From sequence record OR062946.1: a stretch of DNA of 64,000 bases. The stretch is one strand, 5' to 3'. This document shows positions 18,737 through 29,030 of the stretch, one piece after another; position 1 is the first letter of the stretch; each line of letters opens with the position of its first letter. This DNA comes from Escherichia phage 310Ecol104PP. The translations under genes and the position numbers were made by a program. The notes under the pieces are model-generated. The model was given only the letters and a program-made list of their open reading frames with translations, was not told the origin of the DNA and made no database searches.

Positions 18737-19752
18737 TGTGTTGCCTCTACATATAGCTGATTTGCATATTGAATAAGTGCTTCGCGGTCAGAATCAGTGA
18801 TGTCTGGAATTGCATTAATGTATTCTTCCATCAACGTCTGAAGAGATTGAACTTCAACTTCTTCACTATCATCTGACTCGACAGAGTTATCAATCTTTGA
18901 CACAACTCGTAATGAATGCACAACTTTTTCTAGTTCAGATTCGAACTTCGTTAGATTTTTGTCTACTTCAGTTACTATAACACGTACTGATAGATTTGTA
19001 AAATCTTTATAGTCAATTTTTCCCTTAAATGGATATTGAATTCGACGATGCCAGGTAGTGTTGTTTGGAATAAATTCCATTCGTTCTGTTTCTGTATCAA
19101 ACATCCAGAACCCGCGAGGGTCATTCTCGTCACCTGCAGTTAGTGTCCATGGTGTCCCAATATATCTGACGTTAGCAGCCTCAGAGATAGTATGGAAGTG
19201 ACCAGACCACACCTCTTTATAAGTCTTAAGGAAATCAGGTTCAAGACCGTGAGATTTCATTCCTTTATAAAAATAAAATCCATTCAGCTCCCAGTGACCA
19301 ACACAAAAAGAAGCAGATGAAGTTTTGATGTGTTCAAGAATTTCACCAGTATTTTCTTCGCACATCCAAGGAATTAAATCAATCAAACATCCGTCAAAAT
19401 CTACTGTAGTAGGCTTATCATATACTTTAACATTAGGATATTTAGCCAAAAGTTCAGTAGAAGCATTTGGATGCATTACATTTTTGTAGTGGAGATCGTG
19501 ATTTCCTACAATAGTATGTAATGTGATTCCAGCGTCATCAAGCATTTGAACTATTTCACGGGCGAACTCCATAGTTTTATGCGTGATCGCTTTTCGTACA
19601 TCAAAAATATCACCGTATTGAATCCATACAGTAATTCCATTTTTCTTAGAATATTCTATCGCTTGCTTAATTCCGTCAAGTTGAATACCGCGAATCCATT
19701 CATCATCAGCTTTAACGCCTAAATGCCAATCACCTAAATTTAAAATTTTCAT
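18733..19752 (-). CDS. 47: recombination endonuclease subunit gp47 (Mre11/SbcD-like)
   Basis: 339 aa; phosphoesterase motifs DWH, GNHD. Confidence 0.95.
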   Translation of the reverse strand: MKILNLGDWHLGVKADDEWIRGIQLDGIKQAIEYSKKNGITVWIQYGDIFDVRKAITHKTMEFAREIVQMLDDAGITLHTIVGNHDLHYKNVMHPNASTELLAKYPNVKVYDKPTTVDFDGCLIDLIPWMCEENTGEILEHIKTSSASFCVGHWELNGFYFYKGMKSHGLEPDFLKTYKEVWSGHFHTISEAANVRYIGTPWTLTAGDENDPRGFWMFDTETERMEFIPNNTTWHRRIQYPFKGKIDYKDFTNLSVRVIVTEVDKNLTKFESELEKVVHSLRVVSKIDNSVESDDSEEVEVQSLQTLMEEYINAIPDITDSDREALIQYANQLYVEATQ

Positions 19753-19889
19753 ATATCAAGAACCGTCATTGAAATGCAAAATAAAATTATTGAAATAAAC
19801 CCATCTGGAGTGCTAAAGAACCCAATCCAGCATGCTTTGGTGAATAGATAAAATGCAAGAAAAAGTATCACATATCCAAGAAATATCAT
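19749..19889 (-). CDS. small hydrophobic protein, 46 aa (T4 47.1 position)
   Basis: own translation MIFLGYVILFLAFYLFTKACWIGFFSTPDGFISIILFCISMTVLDI; ATGA overlap with 47 start. Confidence 0.4.
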   Translation of the reverse strand: MIFLGYVILFLAFYLFTKACWIGFFSTPDGFISIILFCISMTVLDI

Positions 19890-19899
19890 TATATCAAAC

Positions 19900-19929
19900 T
19901 CCGTATAAAGCTAAAGGGCCGAAGCCCTT
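19900..19929 (-). terminator. intrinsic terminator after alpha-gt
   Basis: AAGGGC-CGAA-GCCCTT hairpin. Confidence 0.5.
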
Positions 19930-21131
19930 TATTTTGTAATAATGTCAAACTGTTCTTTAAAGCAGAAGCTTGAATCTTGATGCTGATACAAAAATTCATA
20001 CGCTTTTTCTCGCTCACGGTCATAAAGAGCTCGGTCAGATGACAGTTCTTTAATACGTTCGAGTGTCGATTCCATGTCATTTTCATCAAACCAAATGATA
20101 CCGCTATCATGCGAGGTCAAAGGAGTATTATCAACACGGAATTTCAAATTATCACCCGTTGATTTCCAGAAAACAGGAATTGTACCACAAGCACCTAATT
20201 CAAGATGAGTATATTCGAGTGAGCGTTGTAAGTATTTCTGGTTAAGTTTACTCAACTGATATCCAAAGCCAGATTTACTCATTCGTTCAAGCATTTCACT
20301 ATTAATATAACAATCTAGGATTTGTGCCGGTTGATTCGGCGCGAGATTCATTTTATCAATCTCACGATTACCGTAATATTCATACGGAATACCTTTTTCC
20401 TTAATTGCAATAAAAGCAGGGGAACGTTCAAGACCTTCCATTACAGTGGATTTACCAGCAGGTTTTAAGAATTTTTCATGAAAATCAAACATCTGATAAA
20501 AACCTTTCCATGTAGTCGTACGACCAATCCAACGGTTGATATTCATGTTAATTTCAGAAACATCTTTCCAATAAGTTGACCGAACCTTCGCAATATCCAT
20601 AGGAGGCTGAAAGTTGTATACGGTCGGTGCTTCTTCAATATCATCAAACAGAGAAACAGTTTCTGGATACCACTCTTTCATCAGAACTTTATTAAAATCG
20701 CCATTATCAGAATGGCTAAAAATAACATCAGCTCGACGAACAGTTTCTTCTAATCCCGAATTTCGACGCAAAGAAAGAACAGAATGATCATGCTGATAAA
20801 CTACAACACGAATAGAAGGTTTAATATTATCTAAAAGTTTTTTATAGTTATTAATCGTAGCTTCTTGAACGGAAGTAGCAGGAACAGAATTAATAATTAG
20901 AATATCACAATCATTAATCAGTTTAAGTGCTTTATCGTATTCTTTAGCTAAAATAACTGGAATTGAAAATGATTTGTGGTCATGAGAACTTGTACGAGTA
21001 AATGATTTATCTTTAGCATAAACCAGAGTTACTTCATGACCATTTTTAATGAACCAATCACGTTGCTCAAGAGAAAATTTAGTTACGCCGCAACCTTCAA
21101 GACCTCGAGCCATAAAAATGCATACTTTCAT
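19929..21131 (-). CDS. a-gt: DNA alpha-glucosyltransferase
   Basis: 400 aa MKVCIFMARGLEGCGVTKFSLEQRDWFIKNGHEV; matches recalled T4 alpha-gt. Confidence 0.95.
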   Translation of the reverse strand: MKVCIFMARGLEGCGVTKFSLEQRDWFIKNGHEVTLVYAKDKSFTRTSSHDHKSFSIPVILAKEYDKALKLINDCDILIINSVPATSVQEATINNYKKLLDNIKPSIRVVVYQHDHSVLSLRRNSGLEETVRRADVIFSHSDNGDFNKVLMKEWYPETVSLFDDIEEAPTVYNFQPPMDIAKVRSTYWKDVSEINMNINRWIGRTTTWKGFYQMFDFHEKFLKPAGKSTVMEGLERSPAFIAIKEKGIPYEYYGNREIDKMNLAPNQPAQILDCYINSEMLERMSKSGFGYQLSKLNQKYLQRSLEYTHLELGACGTIPVFWKSTGDNLKFRVDNTPLTSHDSGIIWFDENDMESTLERIKELSSDRALYDREREKAYEFLYQHQDSSFCFKEQFDIITK

Positions 21132-21375
21132 TTAATATCCTCATTGTTTTGGTTTATTTTACAAAAAAATTTATAAAGCAATATAGGAGCAAAAGCTCCT
21201 ATCCGCATAATACACCATACAGAGGCTCATTAGAGCTTCTAAATTTTATACGTTTATATGTTATAGTTCCTTCCGCTTTAGCTTTATCATGAGACTCTTT
21301 AAAACGTCTCATCATTTCTACTTTAGAGGAACGAATTTTATTATAATCTATTTCAGAAGTCTGGGTGTTCATCTT

Positions 21376-21582
21376 TCACAGTTGCCACCATTTTTTGACT
21401 TGATAAGAATCAACCCACACTTTCATATTAGGGTCTGCTCTTACAATAGGAGGATTAACTTCTTTAATTGAACTATCATGGTATTCCTTTTCAGAAATTT
21501 TCACGCAAAGATGACCATTCAAAGATTCGGTAAATCCTGCATTAATTTTAAGACGCTTGAATTTTACGTGTGTAAGCATCAA
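21376..21582 (-). CDS. hypothetical small protein
   Basis: 68 aa ORF, overlaps next ORF; start uncertain. Confidence 0.35.
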   Translation of the reverse strand: MMLTHVKFKRLKINAGFTESLNGHLCVKISEKEYHDSSIKEVNPPIVRADPNMKVWVDSYQVKKWWQL

Positions 21583-21865
21583 TCATATCCTCAATCTGCG
21601 ATCTAGTAGTCTTCCAAAGAATACTAATGAGTTCATCGTTATATGGCTGTTTTAGAATATCCCGACTTTTCTTGATAGCATATTCGTATTGAGCAAAATT
21701 ATTGTTTTCAGCTGCAATCTGAGCGTGTTTATAAAGACGGTTCAGTTCGCGCTTATTTTTAGACAATAACTTATTTGCTTTTCTTTCTGCTTCAAGACGG
21801 TTCTTTTCTTCAATAGAAGAAATAAGCTTTTCCACTTCATCATTAATTTCGGGTTTATCAGTCAT
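21548..21865 (-). CDS. hypothetical protein, 105 aa
   Basis: ORF track; coiled-coil-like. Confidence 0.5.
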   Translation of the reverse strand: MTDKPEINDEVEKLISSIEEKNRLEAERKANKLLSKNKRELNRLYKHAQIAAENNNFAQYEYAIKKSRDILKQPYNDELISILWKTTRSQIEDMIDAYTRKIQAS

Positions 21866-21866
21866 A

Positions 21867-22085
21867 TTATTTCTCTAATATAAAATAAAAATCATCATCT
21901 GTTAAATGATACCGATAGTTTAATTCTACGCCATTAGATTTAAAAGCGGTATCATACGGATTTTCTGGATCAATATCAATGTCAAGAGCTAAAACTTCCC
22001 TGAGATACATTTTAAGTAAATAGGGAATAGCTTCAACTTCAGGTATTTCTTCCAAGAATCCGGAGAGGTTAATCGTTAGCCTCAT
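21867..22085 (-). CDS. hypothetical protein, 72 aa
   Basis: ORF track. Confidence 0.5.
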   Translation of the reverse strand: MRLTINLSGFLEEIPEVEAIPYLLKMYLREVLALDIDIDPENPYDTAFKSNGVELNYRYHLTDDDFYFILEK

Positions 22086-22626
22086 ATAAAAAATCCAAAC
22101 TAGGAGAATCGTCTACAACACTTTTCTTTTCAGCCCCTGGTGTTCTATAGGTTGATTCTTCGTAATGCGTCATTTTATCGTAGATGTCTTGAATAAAAGT
22201 TTCATCTACTAACGCAACCATATCGTCGTCACAACTGTCATAGACATTGTGAACGAAGTAACTGTATTTCTTTGCAACTTCCTTACGTTCTTTTTTAATA
22301 CGTTGGACAAATGCATTAAAACAAGCTTGAGTTATATATGCATGTGGGTTTTTATATTTCGTTTCATCAAAATTATGAAGCCCCTTAATAGAAGCTTCTA
22401 TACCATCTGCAATCATTTCTTGTTTCCATGATTGGGTGTATCCTGAAAAGTTGAAACGTTTAGATAAGCCTTCTGCAATAAGCATAATGGCTAATCCGAT
22501 AGTATCATTCTGACGAACTACTTTATTTGGGTCTTTATTATTTGCTAATTCTGTTTTCCAATCAATAATAGCTTGTAAAAGCTCTTTATTGTTTACGTAA
22601 TTATATTTAGGCTTAGTTTCTGACAT
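22069..22626 (-). CDS. 55: late sigma factor gp55
   Basis: start ATG 22626 ([23 protein letters not shown]), 185 aa; matches recalled T4 gp55. Confidence 0.9.
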   Translation of the reverse strand: MSETKPKYNYVNNKELLQAIIDWKTELANNKDPNKVVRQNDTIGLAIMLIAEGLSKRFNFSGYTQSWKQEMIADGIEASIKGLHNFDETKYKNPHAYITQACFNAFVQRIKKERKEVAKKYSYFVHNVYDSCDDDMVALVDETFIQDIYDKMTHYEESTYRTPGAEKKSVVDDSPSLDFLYEAND

Positions 22627-22708
22627 TTTCACCTCTTAGCTCAATTCATAGATCTATTATATCATAATATTTGAAGATCTATCTTAAAGCATAGAGGATG
22701 AATCAATT

Positions 22709-22924
22709 TCACGCATTCATTAAGTTAGCCGCTTCAAGAGCTGCATCTAGTGAATCAAATTGATCGACATATTCAATCAATTCGCCATAATTAGCGTATA
22801 ACCACCATTGGCTAAATTCATACTCAAGGATGAATCCATTTCCTTCAATTTGAGTTAAACCAATGCCGTTTGTATTTACTTCATATCCGGCAAGACGCAA
22901 ATCATTAATAAGAGCTTCGTTCAT
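22709..22924 (-). CDS. hypothetical protein, 71 aa
   Basis: ORF track. Confidence 0.5.
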   Translation of the reverse strand: MNEALINDLRLAGYEVNTNGIGLTQIEGNGFILEYEFSQWWLYANYGELIEYVDQFDSLDAALEAANLMNA

Positions 22925-22926
22925 AA

Positions 22927-23253
22927 TTATGCCTTAGTAATTTTCAGGTCAGCAAATTTTTTCTTGCGTTGATTTTTCATACGACGAATAGTTTTATCGG
23001 AAATTTCATGTTTTTGATAAGCTTTAGATTCTACACCAAAAGCTTTAACATCAAATTCTGACAAGATATATTGAACCAACAATTCACGGACAGTATTGCG
23101 CCCAATTTTCTGATCATTCTGTTTCATCGTCTGATGAAGCTCTTTTTCCCATTTATCCAAAATTTGAGGAGTTACAATATCGCCTTTTTCTAGCAAAGAA
23201 ACTACTTTATCATATGCGTAAGAATTGATGGCGTTTTTAATTTGAATAGTCAT
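22927..23253 (-). CDS. hypothetical protein, 108 aa
   Basis: ORF track; basic C-terminus. Confidence 0.5.
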   Translation of the reverse strand: MTIQIKNAINSYAYDKVVSLLEKGDIVTPQILDKWEKELHQTMKQNDQKIGRNTVRELLVQYILSEFDVKAFGVESKAYQKHEISDKTIRRMKNQRKKKFADLKITKA

Positions 23254-23283
23254 ACATTATCCTCAATTGCGTTAAAGTTTTAT

Positions 23284-23306
23284 TATCCAAAAGGGCCGAA
23301 GCCCTT
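23284..23306 (-). terminator. intrinsic terminator
   Basis: AAGGGC-CGAA-GCCCTT hairpin plus U-run. Confidence 0.55.
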
Positions 23307-23505
23307 AGCTAAACTGTTTGGCGCCCTTCCAGCCTTCGTACATCATTGCAGCTGATATTAATATTGCTCCTGAGCAACTTGAATATTTGTGATTCCAAAA
23401 CCAGTTCAGAAAAACTTCGTCATCAATACCTTGGGCTATCATATTTTCAAAGAACTGACGACGAGCTTCGGCAATTCGTTGTGATAATTTAGATTCAGGA
23501 TTCAT
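23305..23505 (-). CDS. hypothetical protein, 66 aa
   Basis: ORF track. Confidence 0.45.
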   Translation of the reverse strand: MNPESKLSQRIAEARRQFFENMIAQGIDDEVFLNWFWNHKYSSCSGAILISAAMMYEGWKGAKQFS

Positions 23506-23721
23506 TTAAATTTTCCAGTTACCGTTTTCATCAATAAATTTAATCCAGTCATTTACTGACCACTTAGTTGTATCACCTTTTGGAGTAACATTTAAAGTGT
23601 ATAACCCCTGCTTAAAAAGCATTCGTTTGATATTCATAATTTCCTCAGCTGTAACGATAACACTCGTTTGATTTACGTTTAGCAACTCGTTGAGAAGTAT
23701 TATAATCAAAATCATCGTCAA
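23506..23721 (-). CDS. hypothetical small protein
   Basis: 71 aa ORF overlapping upstream gene; true start probably internal. Confidence 0.35.
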   Translation of the reverse strand: MTMILIIILLNELLNVNQTSVIVTAEEIMNIKRMLFKQGLYTLNVTPKGDTTKWSVNDWIKFIDENGNWKI

Positions 23722-23938
23722 TGTAAACTGATTTTTTCAACTTTCTTACTTCACCACGTAATTGGCGATTTAGCTCATCTTTAACTTCTGAATCAATACC
23801 TTTCATTCTACGCCATTTATCTGAGCGAAAAATGTTTTCAACCATATCTTTATGACTTACACCATCAGGAGCTTTACGCTTTCCGAAATAGTCATAATCA
23901 CGTACTTTTAAATCTTTACGACGATACGTTTTACCCAT
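23645..23938 (-). CDS. hypothetical basic protein, 97 aa
   Basis: ORF track. Confidence 0.5.
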   Translation of the reverse strand: MGKTYRRKDLKVRDYDYFGKRKAPDGVSHKDMVENIFRSDKWRRMKGIDSEVKDELNRQLRGEVRKLKKSVYIDDDFDYNTSQRVAKRKSNECYRYS

Positions 23939-23943
23939 GGAGT

Positions 23944-24108
23944 TTAATTTTCCTTAGCAACTGAACTAAATACAGCACGATCACAAATCATATGTTTGTT
24001 CCATTTAAGCACAGTATAATGAACATCTAGATCATCTACTGCTGTAACAATAACAATATGTCCGTTAACTCGATAATACTGATCCCTTTTAATCTCTTTA
24101 TCAACCAT
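23944..24108 (-). CDS. hypothetical small protein, 54 aa
   Basis: own translation MVDKEIKRDQYYRVNGHIVIVTAVDDLDVHYTVLKWNKHMICDRAVFSSVAKEN; early promoter upstream. Confidence 0.45.
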   Translation of the reverse strand: MVDKEIKRDQYYRVNGHIVIVTAVDDLDVHYTVLKWNKHMICDRAVFSSVAKEN

Positions 24109-24138
24109 ATCAAATCCTCAAAGGCAATTCATATGTTA

Positions 24139-24168
24139 ATAATACCACAATTTGAACTTCTTGTAAAC
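24139..24168 (-). promoter_or_regulatory. T4-type early promoter
   Basis: GTTTAC, 18 nt, TATTAT. Confidence 0.55.
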
Positions 24169-24240
24169 AACTTTGTGAAAATTATTTTAGGGAATGATAA
24201 GAAGGGAACGATAACTTAGAATGGTAATATACAGAATGTG

Positions 24241-24262
24241 AGAAAGAAAGGCCCAGAGGGCC
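24241..24262 (-). terminator. intrinsic terminator after nrdH
   Basis: GGCCC-AGA-GGGCC hairpin plus U-run. Confidence 0.5.
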
Positions 24263-24266
24263 CGTC

Positions 24267-24575
24267 TTAGTCTTCTATGATATCTCTATCATATCCAAGT
24301 GAAATGAGAGTTTCTTTGAAGTGTTTAATGTTCTTTTGTCTAGAATCATTGATGAAAATGACTGGATAACGAATGTTAAGAGATGTGAATCCAGCTCGTT
24401 TAGCAAGAGATACAATCAGTGGACGATCATACTCAATCTTACCATTATTTGTAAGAACTTTATAGAAAGTAAAAGGAGCATTGAGCTCCTTTAGAAGTTT
24501 TGTAACTGATTGACATCCAGGACAACGACCTACTTCATCTGGAATTCCATAGACTTCAATCTTATTTTGTTTCAC
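24267..24575 (-). CDS. nrdH: NrdH glutaredoxin-like protein
   Basis: 102 aa; CPGC redox motif. Confidence 0.8.
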   Translation of the reverse strand: MKQNKIEVYGIPDEVGRCPGCQSVTKLLKELNAPFTFYKVLTNNGKIEYDRPLIVSLAKRAGFTSLNIRYPVIFINDSRQKNIKHFKETLISLGYDRDIIED

Positions 24576-24577
24576 AA

Positions 24578-24790
24578 CTATTCCTTACTAAGAGCAGCGT
24601 TCAGCTTGTTAGTAATTTTATCCAAACGCTCATTGAACTCACTAGAAGATAAGCCCTTTTCTGGAGAAATCAAACTAATCACGAAAAATATAGCAATAAA
24701 AGGAATAAGGAAAATAGCTCCAACTGCCATAAACAGAAAGAATGTTACAGTTGTAAGAAAATCAGCTAAACCTTTACGAAATTTATACAT
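24578..24790 (-). CDS. small membrane protein, 70 aa
   Basis: ORF track; hydrophobic core. Confidence 0.45.
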   Translation of the reverse strand: MYKFRKGLADFLTTVTFFLFMAVGAIFLIPFIAIFFVISLISPEKGLSSSEFNERLDKITNKLNAALSKE

Positions 24791-24905
24791 ATTTTACCCT
24801 TAATTGATTAACCAAGCATTGATAAGCACTAAACTATACTGCGAATAAAATTCTGGACCAAAATGAAAAATCATATCATTTATAGTATCCATAATGTAAT
24901 TCAAT

Positions 24906-25376
24906 TTAATCATGTTTCCACACCCCATCGGTATTTGACCAAAGCCGCTGATTATCTGATCCTCGCCACAGCTTTTTAGTCGGAAGATTTTTCTCATACT
25001 TCCCATCAATAATAACATCAACATATTTAAGCATTTCTAGTTGTTTAATATCTTCAAACTTATATCCTGTCCACAACCAAATGCTTTTATTGGGATAAAG
25101 ATTTTTTACTGTTTGAACAATGCAATGAATAACATCTCGGTTATCAGGATAGAGAGGGTCTCCTCCAGTTATAGTTAATCCTTCTATATAATCATTATTC
25201 AAACATTCAATTAATTGTTCTAGTGTTTCACCAGTGAATGGAATACCATTTCTAGCATTCCATGTTGATTTATTATAACACCCTTCACACTTATGCAAAC
25301 AACCTGTAACGAAAAGAACGACCCTGCAACCAGGGCCATTCACAAAATCGCAAGGATAAAATCTATCATAATTCAT
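24906..25376 (-). CDS. nrdG: anaerobic ribonucleotide reductase activating protein NrdG
   Basis: 156 aa; radical-SAM Cys cluster CLHKCEGCYN. Confidence 0.9.
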   Translation of the reverse strand: MNYDRFYPCDFVNGPGCRVVLFVTGCLHKCEGCYNKSTWNARNGIPFTGETLEQLIECLNNDYIEGLTITGGDPLYPDNRDVIHCIVQTVKNLYPNKSIWLWTGYKFEDIKQLEMLKYVDVIIDGKYEKNLPTKKLWRGSDNQRLWSNTDGVWKHD

Positions 25377-27190
25377 TGGTGTTTAACCCTATGCATGATT
25401 TCTTTATTTTTACCGAGATTAAATCCGCGTTCGTTCGGATTTCCCAAATAACCGCATGTTCTTCTTATGGTATTCATCTTTTTAGGATCAGTTTCTCCAC
25501 AAATAGAACAAACAAATCCGTTTTCAGTAGGAGTCATTTCATGGGTACTTCCACATGTAAAACATTTATCTACTGGCATATTAACACCAAAATAATCTAA
25601 ATGTTGTGCAGCATAATCCCATACAGCCTCAAGACCCTTTAAGTTATTTTTCATATCAGGAAGTTCAACATAAGAAATGTGACCACCTGTCGCAATGAAA
25701 TGATATGGTGCTTCACGAGAAATCTTTTCAAACGGAGTGATATTTTCTTCTACTGAAACATGGAAACTATTAGTGTACCAGCCTTTATCAGTAACATCCT
25801 TTACACTTCCATATTTCTCAGTATCAAGTTTACAGAAGCGATAGCACAGGTTTTCAGCAGGAGTAGAATACAAGCTAAAAGCAAAACCGGTTCTTTCAGT
25901 CCACTGCTTAAGACGAGTATTCATTTTAGTTAAAATTTCCTGTCCAATATCACGACCGACAAGAATATTCAATTCGTGAATACCAATGTATCCTAGGGAC
26001 ACTGAACTTCTACCGTTTTTAAATAACTCAATTATGTCGTCATCAGGTTTAAGACGAACCCCGAATGCACCTTCTTGGTAAAGAATAGGAGCAACAGTCG
26101 CTTTAACTCCTTTTAAGGAACTAATTCTACACATCAAAGCTTCAAAACATAAATCCATTCGTTCATTGAATAATTCAACAAATTTCTGTTCATTGAACTG
26201 TGTTCCAATATAAGAATCTAACGCGATGCGAGGAAGATTCAGTGTTACAACACCAAGATTATTACGTCCATCAAGAATTTCATTGCCAGTCGAATCTTTC
26301 CATACGCTCAAGAAACTACGGCAACCCATTGGAGAAACAGGAACAGATGAACCAGTGATAGCTTTATTGTTCTTAGCTGAAATAATATCAGGATACATCC
26401 TTTTGCTTGCACACTCTAGAGCAAGCTGTTTAATATCATAGTTCGGATCGTCTTTATAAAGATTAACACCTTCTTCAACGAACATAACAAGCTTAGGGAA
26501 AATAGGAGTTATCCCATCACGACCAAGACCTTTAATACGATTTTTCAGAATTGCTTTCTGAATCATTCGTTCAGTCCAGTCAGTTCCCGTACCAAATGTA
26601 ATTGTTACAAAAGGAGTCTGTCCGTTTGAACTAAAGAGAGTATTTACTTCATATTCATAAGCTTGGAATGCATCGTATACGTCTTTTTCTGTTTTAGATT
26701 GAGCATAATTTAACGCATCAGCGATTTGCCATTTTTCTGCATCCTCAATATGTTTTGCATAGGTGCGTTTAACATAAGGAGAAAGTACTTTATCTACATT
26801 CGCAAAAGTCGTTCCGCCGTATTGGTGAGAAGCAACCTGTGCAGTAATTTGTGCCATAATTGCAGTAGCAACGCCAATTGATTTAGGAGTTTCAATCTGT
26901 GCATTACCAAGCTTAAATCCGTTTTCAAGCATTCCTTTTAAATCTACTAAACAGCAATTAGTAAATGGAAGAGCAGGGGAATAATCAATATCATGGAAAT
27001 GAATAATTCCGCTTTCATGCGCTTTCATAATAAAAGACGGGACCATATTTTTGGCAATGTGTTTAGACACAATACCAGCCATAAGGTCCCGTTGAGTTGG
27101 AAAAACACGAGAATCTTTATTAGCATTCTCGTTTAAAAGGTCTTTATTAGTTTTATGAATCAATCCTTCAATTTCTTTTTCAATTGTCAT
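25373..27190 (-). CDS. nrdD: anaerobic ribonucleoside-triphosphate reductase NrdD (uninterrupted)
   Basis: 605 aa single ORF; C-terminal glycyl-radical and Zn site CFTCGSTHEM...CSICGETD. Confidence 0.95.
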   Translation of the reverse strand: MTIEKEIEGLIHKTNKDLLNENANKDSRVFPTQRDLMAGIVSKHIAKNMVPSFIMKAHESGIIHFHDIDYSPALPFTNCCLVDLKGMLENGFKLGNAQIETPKSIGVATAIMAQITAQVASHQYGGTTFANVDKVLSPYVKRTYAKHIEDAEKWQIADALNYAQSKTEKDVYDAFQAYEYEVNTLFSSNGQTPFVTITFGTGTDWTERMIQKAILKNRIKGLGRDGITPIFPKLVMFVEEGVNLYKDDPNYDIKQLALECASKRMYPDIISAKNNKAITGSSVPVSPMGCRSFLSVWKDSTGNEILDGRNNLGVVTLNLPRIALDSYIGTQFNEQKFVELFNERMDLCFEALMCRISSLKGVKATVAPILYQEGAFGVRLKPDDDIIELFKNGRSSVSLGYIGIHELNILVGRDIGQEILTKMNTRLKQWTERTGFAFSLYSTPAENLCYRFCKLDTEKYGSVKDVTDKGWYTNSFHVSVEENITPFEKISREAPYHFIATGGHISYVELPDMKNNLKGLEAVWDYAAQHLDYFGVNMPVDKCFTCGSTHEMTPTENGFVCSICGETDPKKMNTIRRTCGYLGNPNERGFNLGKNKEIMHRVKHQ

Positions 27191-27660
27191 TTTAAACTCT
27201 TTCTAAGCTGCTTCTTAAATGAAGCTATTAACTGTGTTTTGGTGTCAGATTCATTATATTCAAATCCTCTTTGAAGCATCTCGGCCATCATTTCCTCTTT
27301 TCCTAAACGAGAAAATTCCTTTGATTTATCTCCAACAAAGTTAGGGTGAATATTATTTTGGGTGTAATCGGATTTTAAATAAGTAAGTAAATTTTCTAAC
27401 CATTCAAGATAATCAACACCTTGTCCCTTTAAGCCAGAACGATTAAATTTGTGCTTCATTTGACCTTCTGCAGCATTGCAGAGATTACAAAGCAATCCAC
27501 GTACCTTTCCTGCTTTTGGTCCATTTAATTCATGGTCATGATCGAGGTGATTAGCTTGAACATCAGGATTTAGTTCTCGTTGGCAAATTAAGCATTTACC
27601 GTTTTGCGCATCATAAAATTTCTGTTTTTCTTCTTTATATAATTTGCCAGTCAATAACAT
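27187..27660 (-). CDS. 49: endonuclease VII gp49 (Holliday junction resolvase)
   Basis: 157 aa MLLTGKLYKEEKQKFYDAQNGKCLICQRELN; matches recalled T4 endo VII. Confidence 0.95.
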   Translation of the reverse strand: MLLTGKLYKEEKQKFYDAQNGKCLICQRELNPDVQANHLDHDHELNGPKAGKVRGLLCNLCNAAEGQMKHKFNRSGLKGQGVDYLEWLENLLTYLKSDYTQNNIHPNFVGDKSKEFSRLGKEEMMAEMLQRGFEYNESDTKTQLIASFKKQLRKSLK

Positions 27661-27701
27661 AATAAACCCTTACCTTAAATAGATAAGGGTATTTATTATT
27701 T

Positions 27702-28187
27702 TCAAGTATTGTAAAACATTTGATTCAATCGCTTATATTGCCGAATCTTTTGGTCAGAAAAAGAAATTTGGGTTTCAAGCCATTCAATATATTCTGCCGC
27801 AGCTTGCATCAAATTTCCTTCATAGCCATCGTTATTTTCTTGTGCAGCTAATTTAGCTAATGCGTATGAAATACGTTCACCTTGAAAACCGGCTTTAGGC
27901 TTCTGAACAACTTGATTAGTTCGCTCTACAACTTCTTCAATTTCGCCATTTTCGACTGATTCAGTATTCCACAAGCACCAATACGTAATTGGCTTATCAT
28001 AGATGTTAATAATCTTTCCATCAGAAAGTTCAATTTCAATAATTCCAGTATCAGGTTCTATATCATCTTCACGTTCTTTTGCAAGTTCACGAACTTTAAA
28101 GACAGTACCTGCACTAAGTTCCGGCCAGTAATTACACAGCCCTGTATCAGCACGATTAATTCTAAACCACTTATCTACTGTAATCAT
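27702..28187 (-). CDS. pin: Pin-like protein (protease inhibitor position)
   Basis: start ATG 28187 (MITVDKW) gives 161 aa; directly upstream of 49. Confidence 0.6.
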   Translation of the reverse strand: MITVDKWFRINRADTGLCNYWPELSAGTVFKVRELAKEREDDIEPDTGIIEIELSDGKIINIYDKPITYWCLWNTESVENGEIEEVVERTNQVVQKPKAGFQGERISYALAKLAAQENNDGYEGNLMQAAAEYIEWLETQISFSDQKIRQYKRLNQMFYNT

Positions 28188-28310
28188 GTCCCATCTCCAT
28201 ATCAATTAAGTCATTTATCGTTGGTTCATTATATACTGTTTCTTCATCAGTGTAAACCGGTTCTTCCGGATCTGGCTCTACAGTTTCCCATCTAGCCGCC
28301 CACCAAGGTT

Positions 28311-28631
28311 TTATAGCGTAATCCATTCTCGTACTATCTGAGTTACTACACGTTCCCGGGGCTCGACTAGTTCAACAGTCGGAACTGCATAATACCAGTC
28401 AGAATGGTAAGAACCCGAACGGCATTCATTTACGGAAACATGTACGTTATGTTTTGGACTAAAATAAACACACTGACGATATTGACATTTACCATCTTGC
28501 ACCCAGTCTTCTATTTCGACAGGTTTAAGATAATCGGAAAAATCGAAATCATAGTTTTCCGAAAATGCATCATGGTCTTCAATGATTTCGCTCAGAACTG
28601 CATCAACATCTAATTTATTTTCAATAGTCAT
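28311..28631 (-). CDS. hypothetical protein, 106 aa
   Basis: ORF track. Confidence 0.5.
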   Translation of the reverse strand: MTIENKLDVDAVLSEIIEDHDAFSENYDFDFSDYLKPVEIEDWVQDGKCQYRQCVYFSPKHNVHVSVNECRSGSYHSDWYYAVPTVELVEPRERVVTQIVREWITL

Positions 28632-28641
28632 TTTTCACCAA

Positions 28642-28851
28642 TTAATTTCGCAATTTATTAAGTTCTTCATAATCAATCCAGGATTCTAATCCTGATGGCA
28701 AATCAGATTCAATTTCCCAAAGAAGTTCTTCAATTTTATGAAGACGATCTAGTTCTTCAGCAGGAATAGTAACCATTGACGGAGCTCTTGCTACATTAAT
28801 ATCGTAAATCATATTTACCCCAGTTTGACCATACAATCGCCGTATTTCCAC
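28642..28851 (-). CDS. hypothetical protein, 69 aa
   Basis: ORF track. Confidence 0.45.
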   Translation of the reverse strand: MEIRRLYGQTGVNMIYDINVARAPSMVTIPAEELDRLHKIEELLWEIESDLPSGLESWIDYEELNKLRN

Positions 28852-29030
28852 TTAGAAATAGACTTTTCACCGTTAGAATAATAAACTTCAAGTTTAGCAC
28901 GATTATTTTTAATTTGAATAACCTTTGCTGTCATCAAAGTTCCATACCCATAATAAACTGCAACTTCATCACCTACATATACCGCGCTTCCGCGGTAATC
29001 GTGAATATAGTCAGTTCCTTCGAGCATCAT
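28815..29030 (-). CDS. hypothetical protein, 71 aa
   Basis: ORF track. Confidence 0.45.
   Translation of the reverse strand: MMLEGTDYIHDYRGSAVYVGDEVAVYYGYGTLMTAKVIQIKNNRAKLEVYYSNGEKSISKWKYGDCMVKLG

Noticed and set aside
24800-25024. 74-aa minus-strand ORF overlapping the 3' part of nrdG
   Set aside because: Out-of-frame overlap with the conserved nrdG coding region; no independent support.
25373-27190. Group I intron or homing endonuclease inside nrdD (as in T4)
   Set aside because: nrdD is a single uninterrupted 605-aa ORF with no internal stop or insert; no intron in this window.
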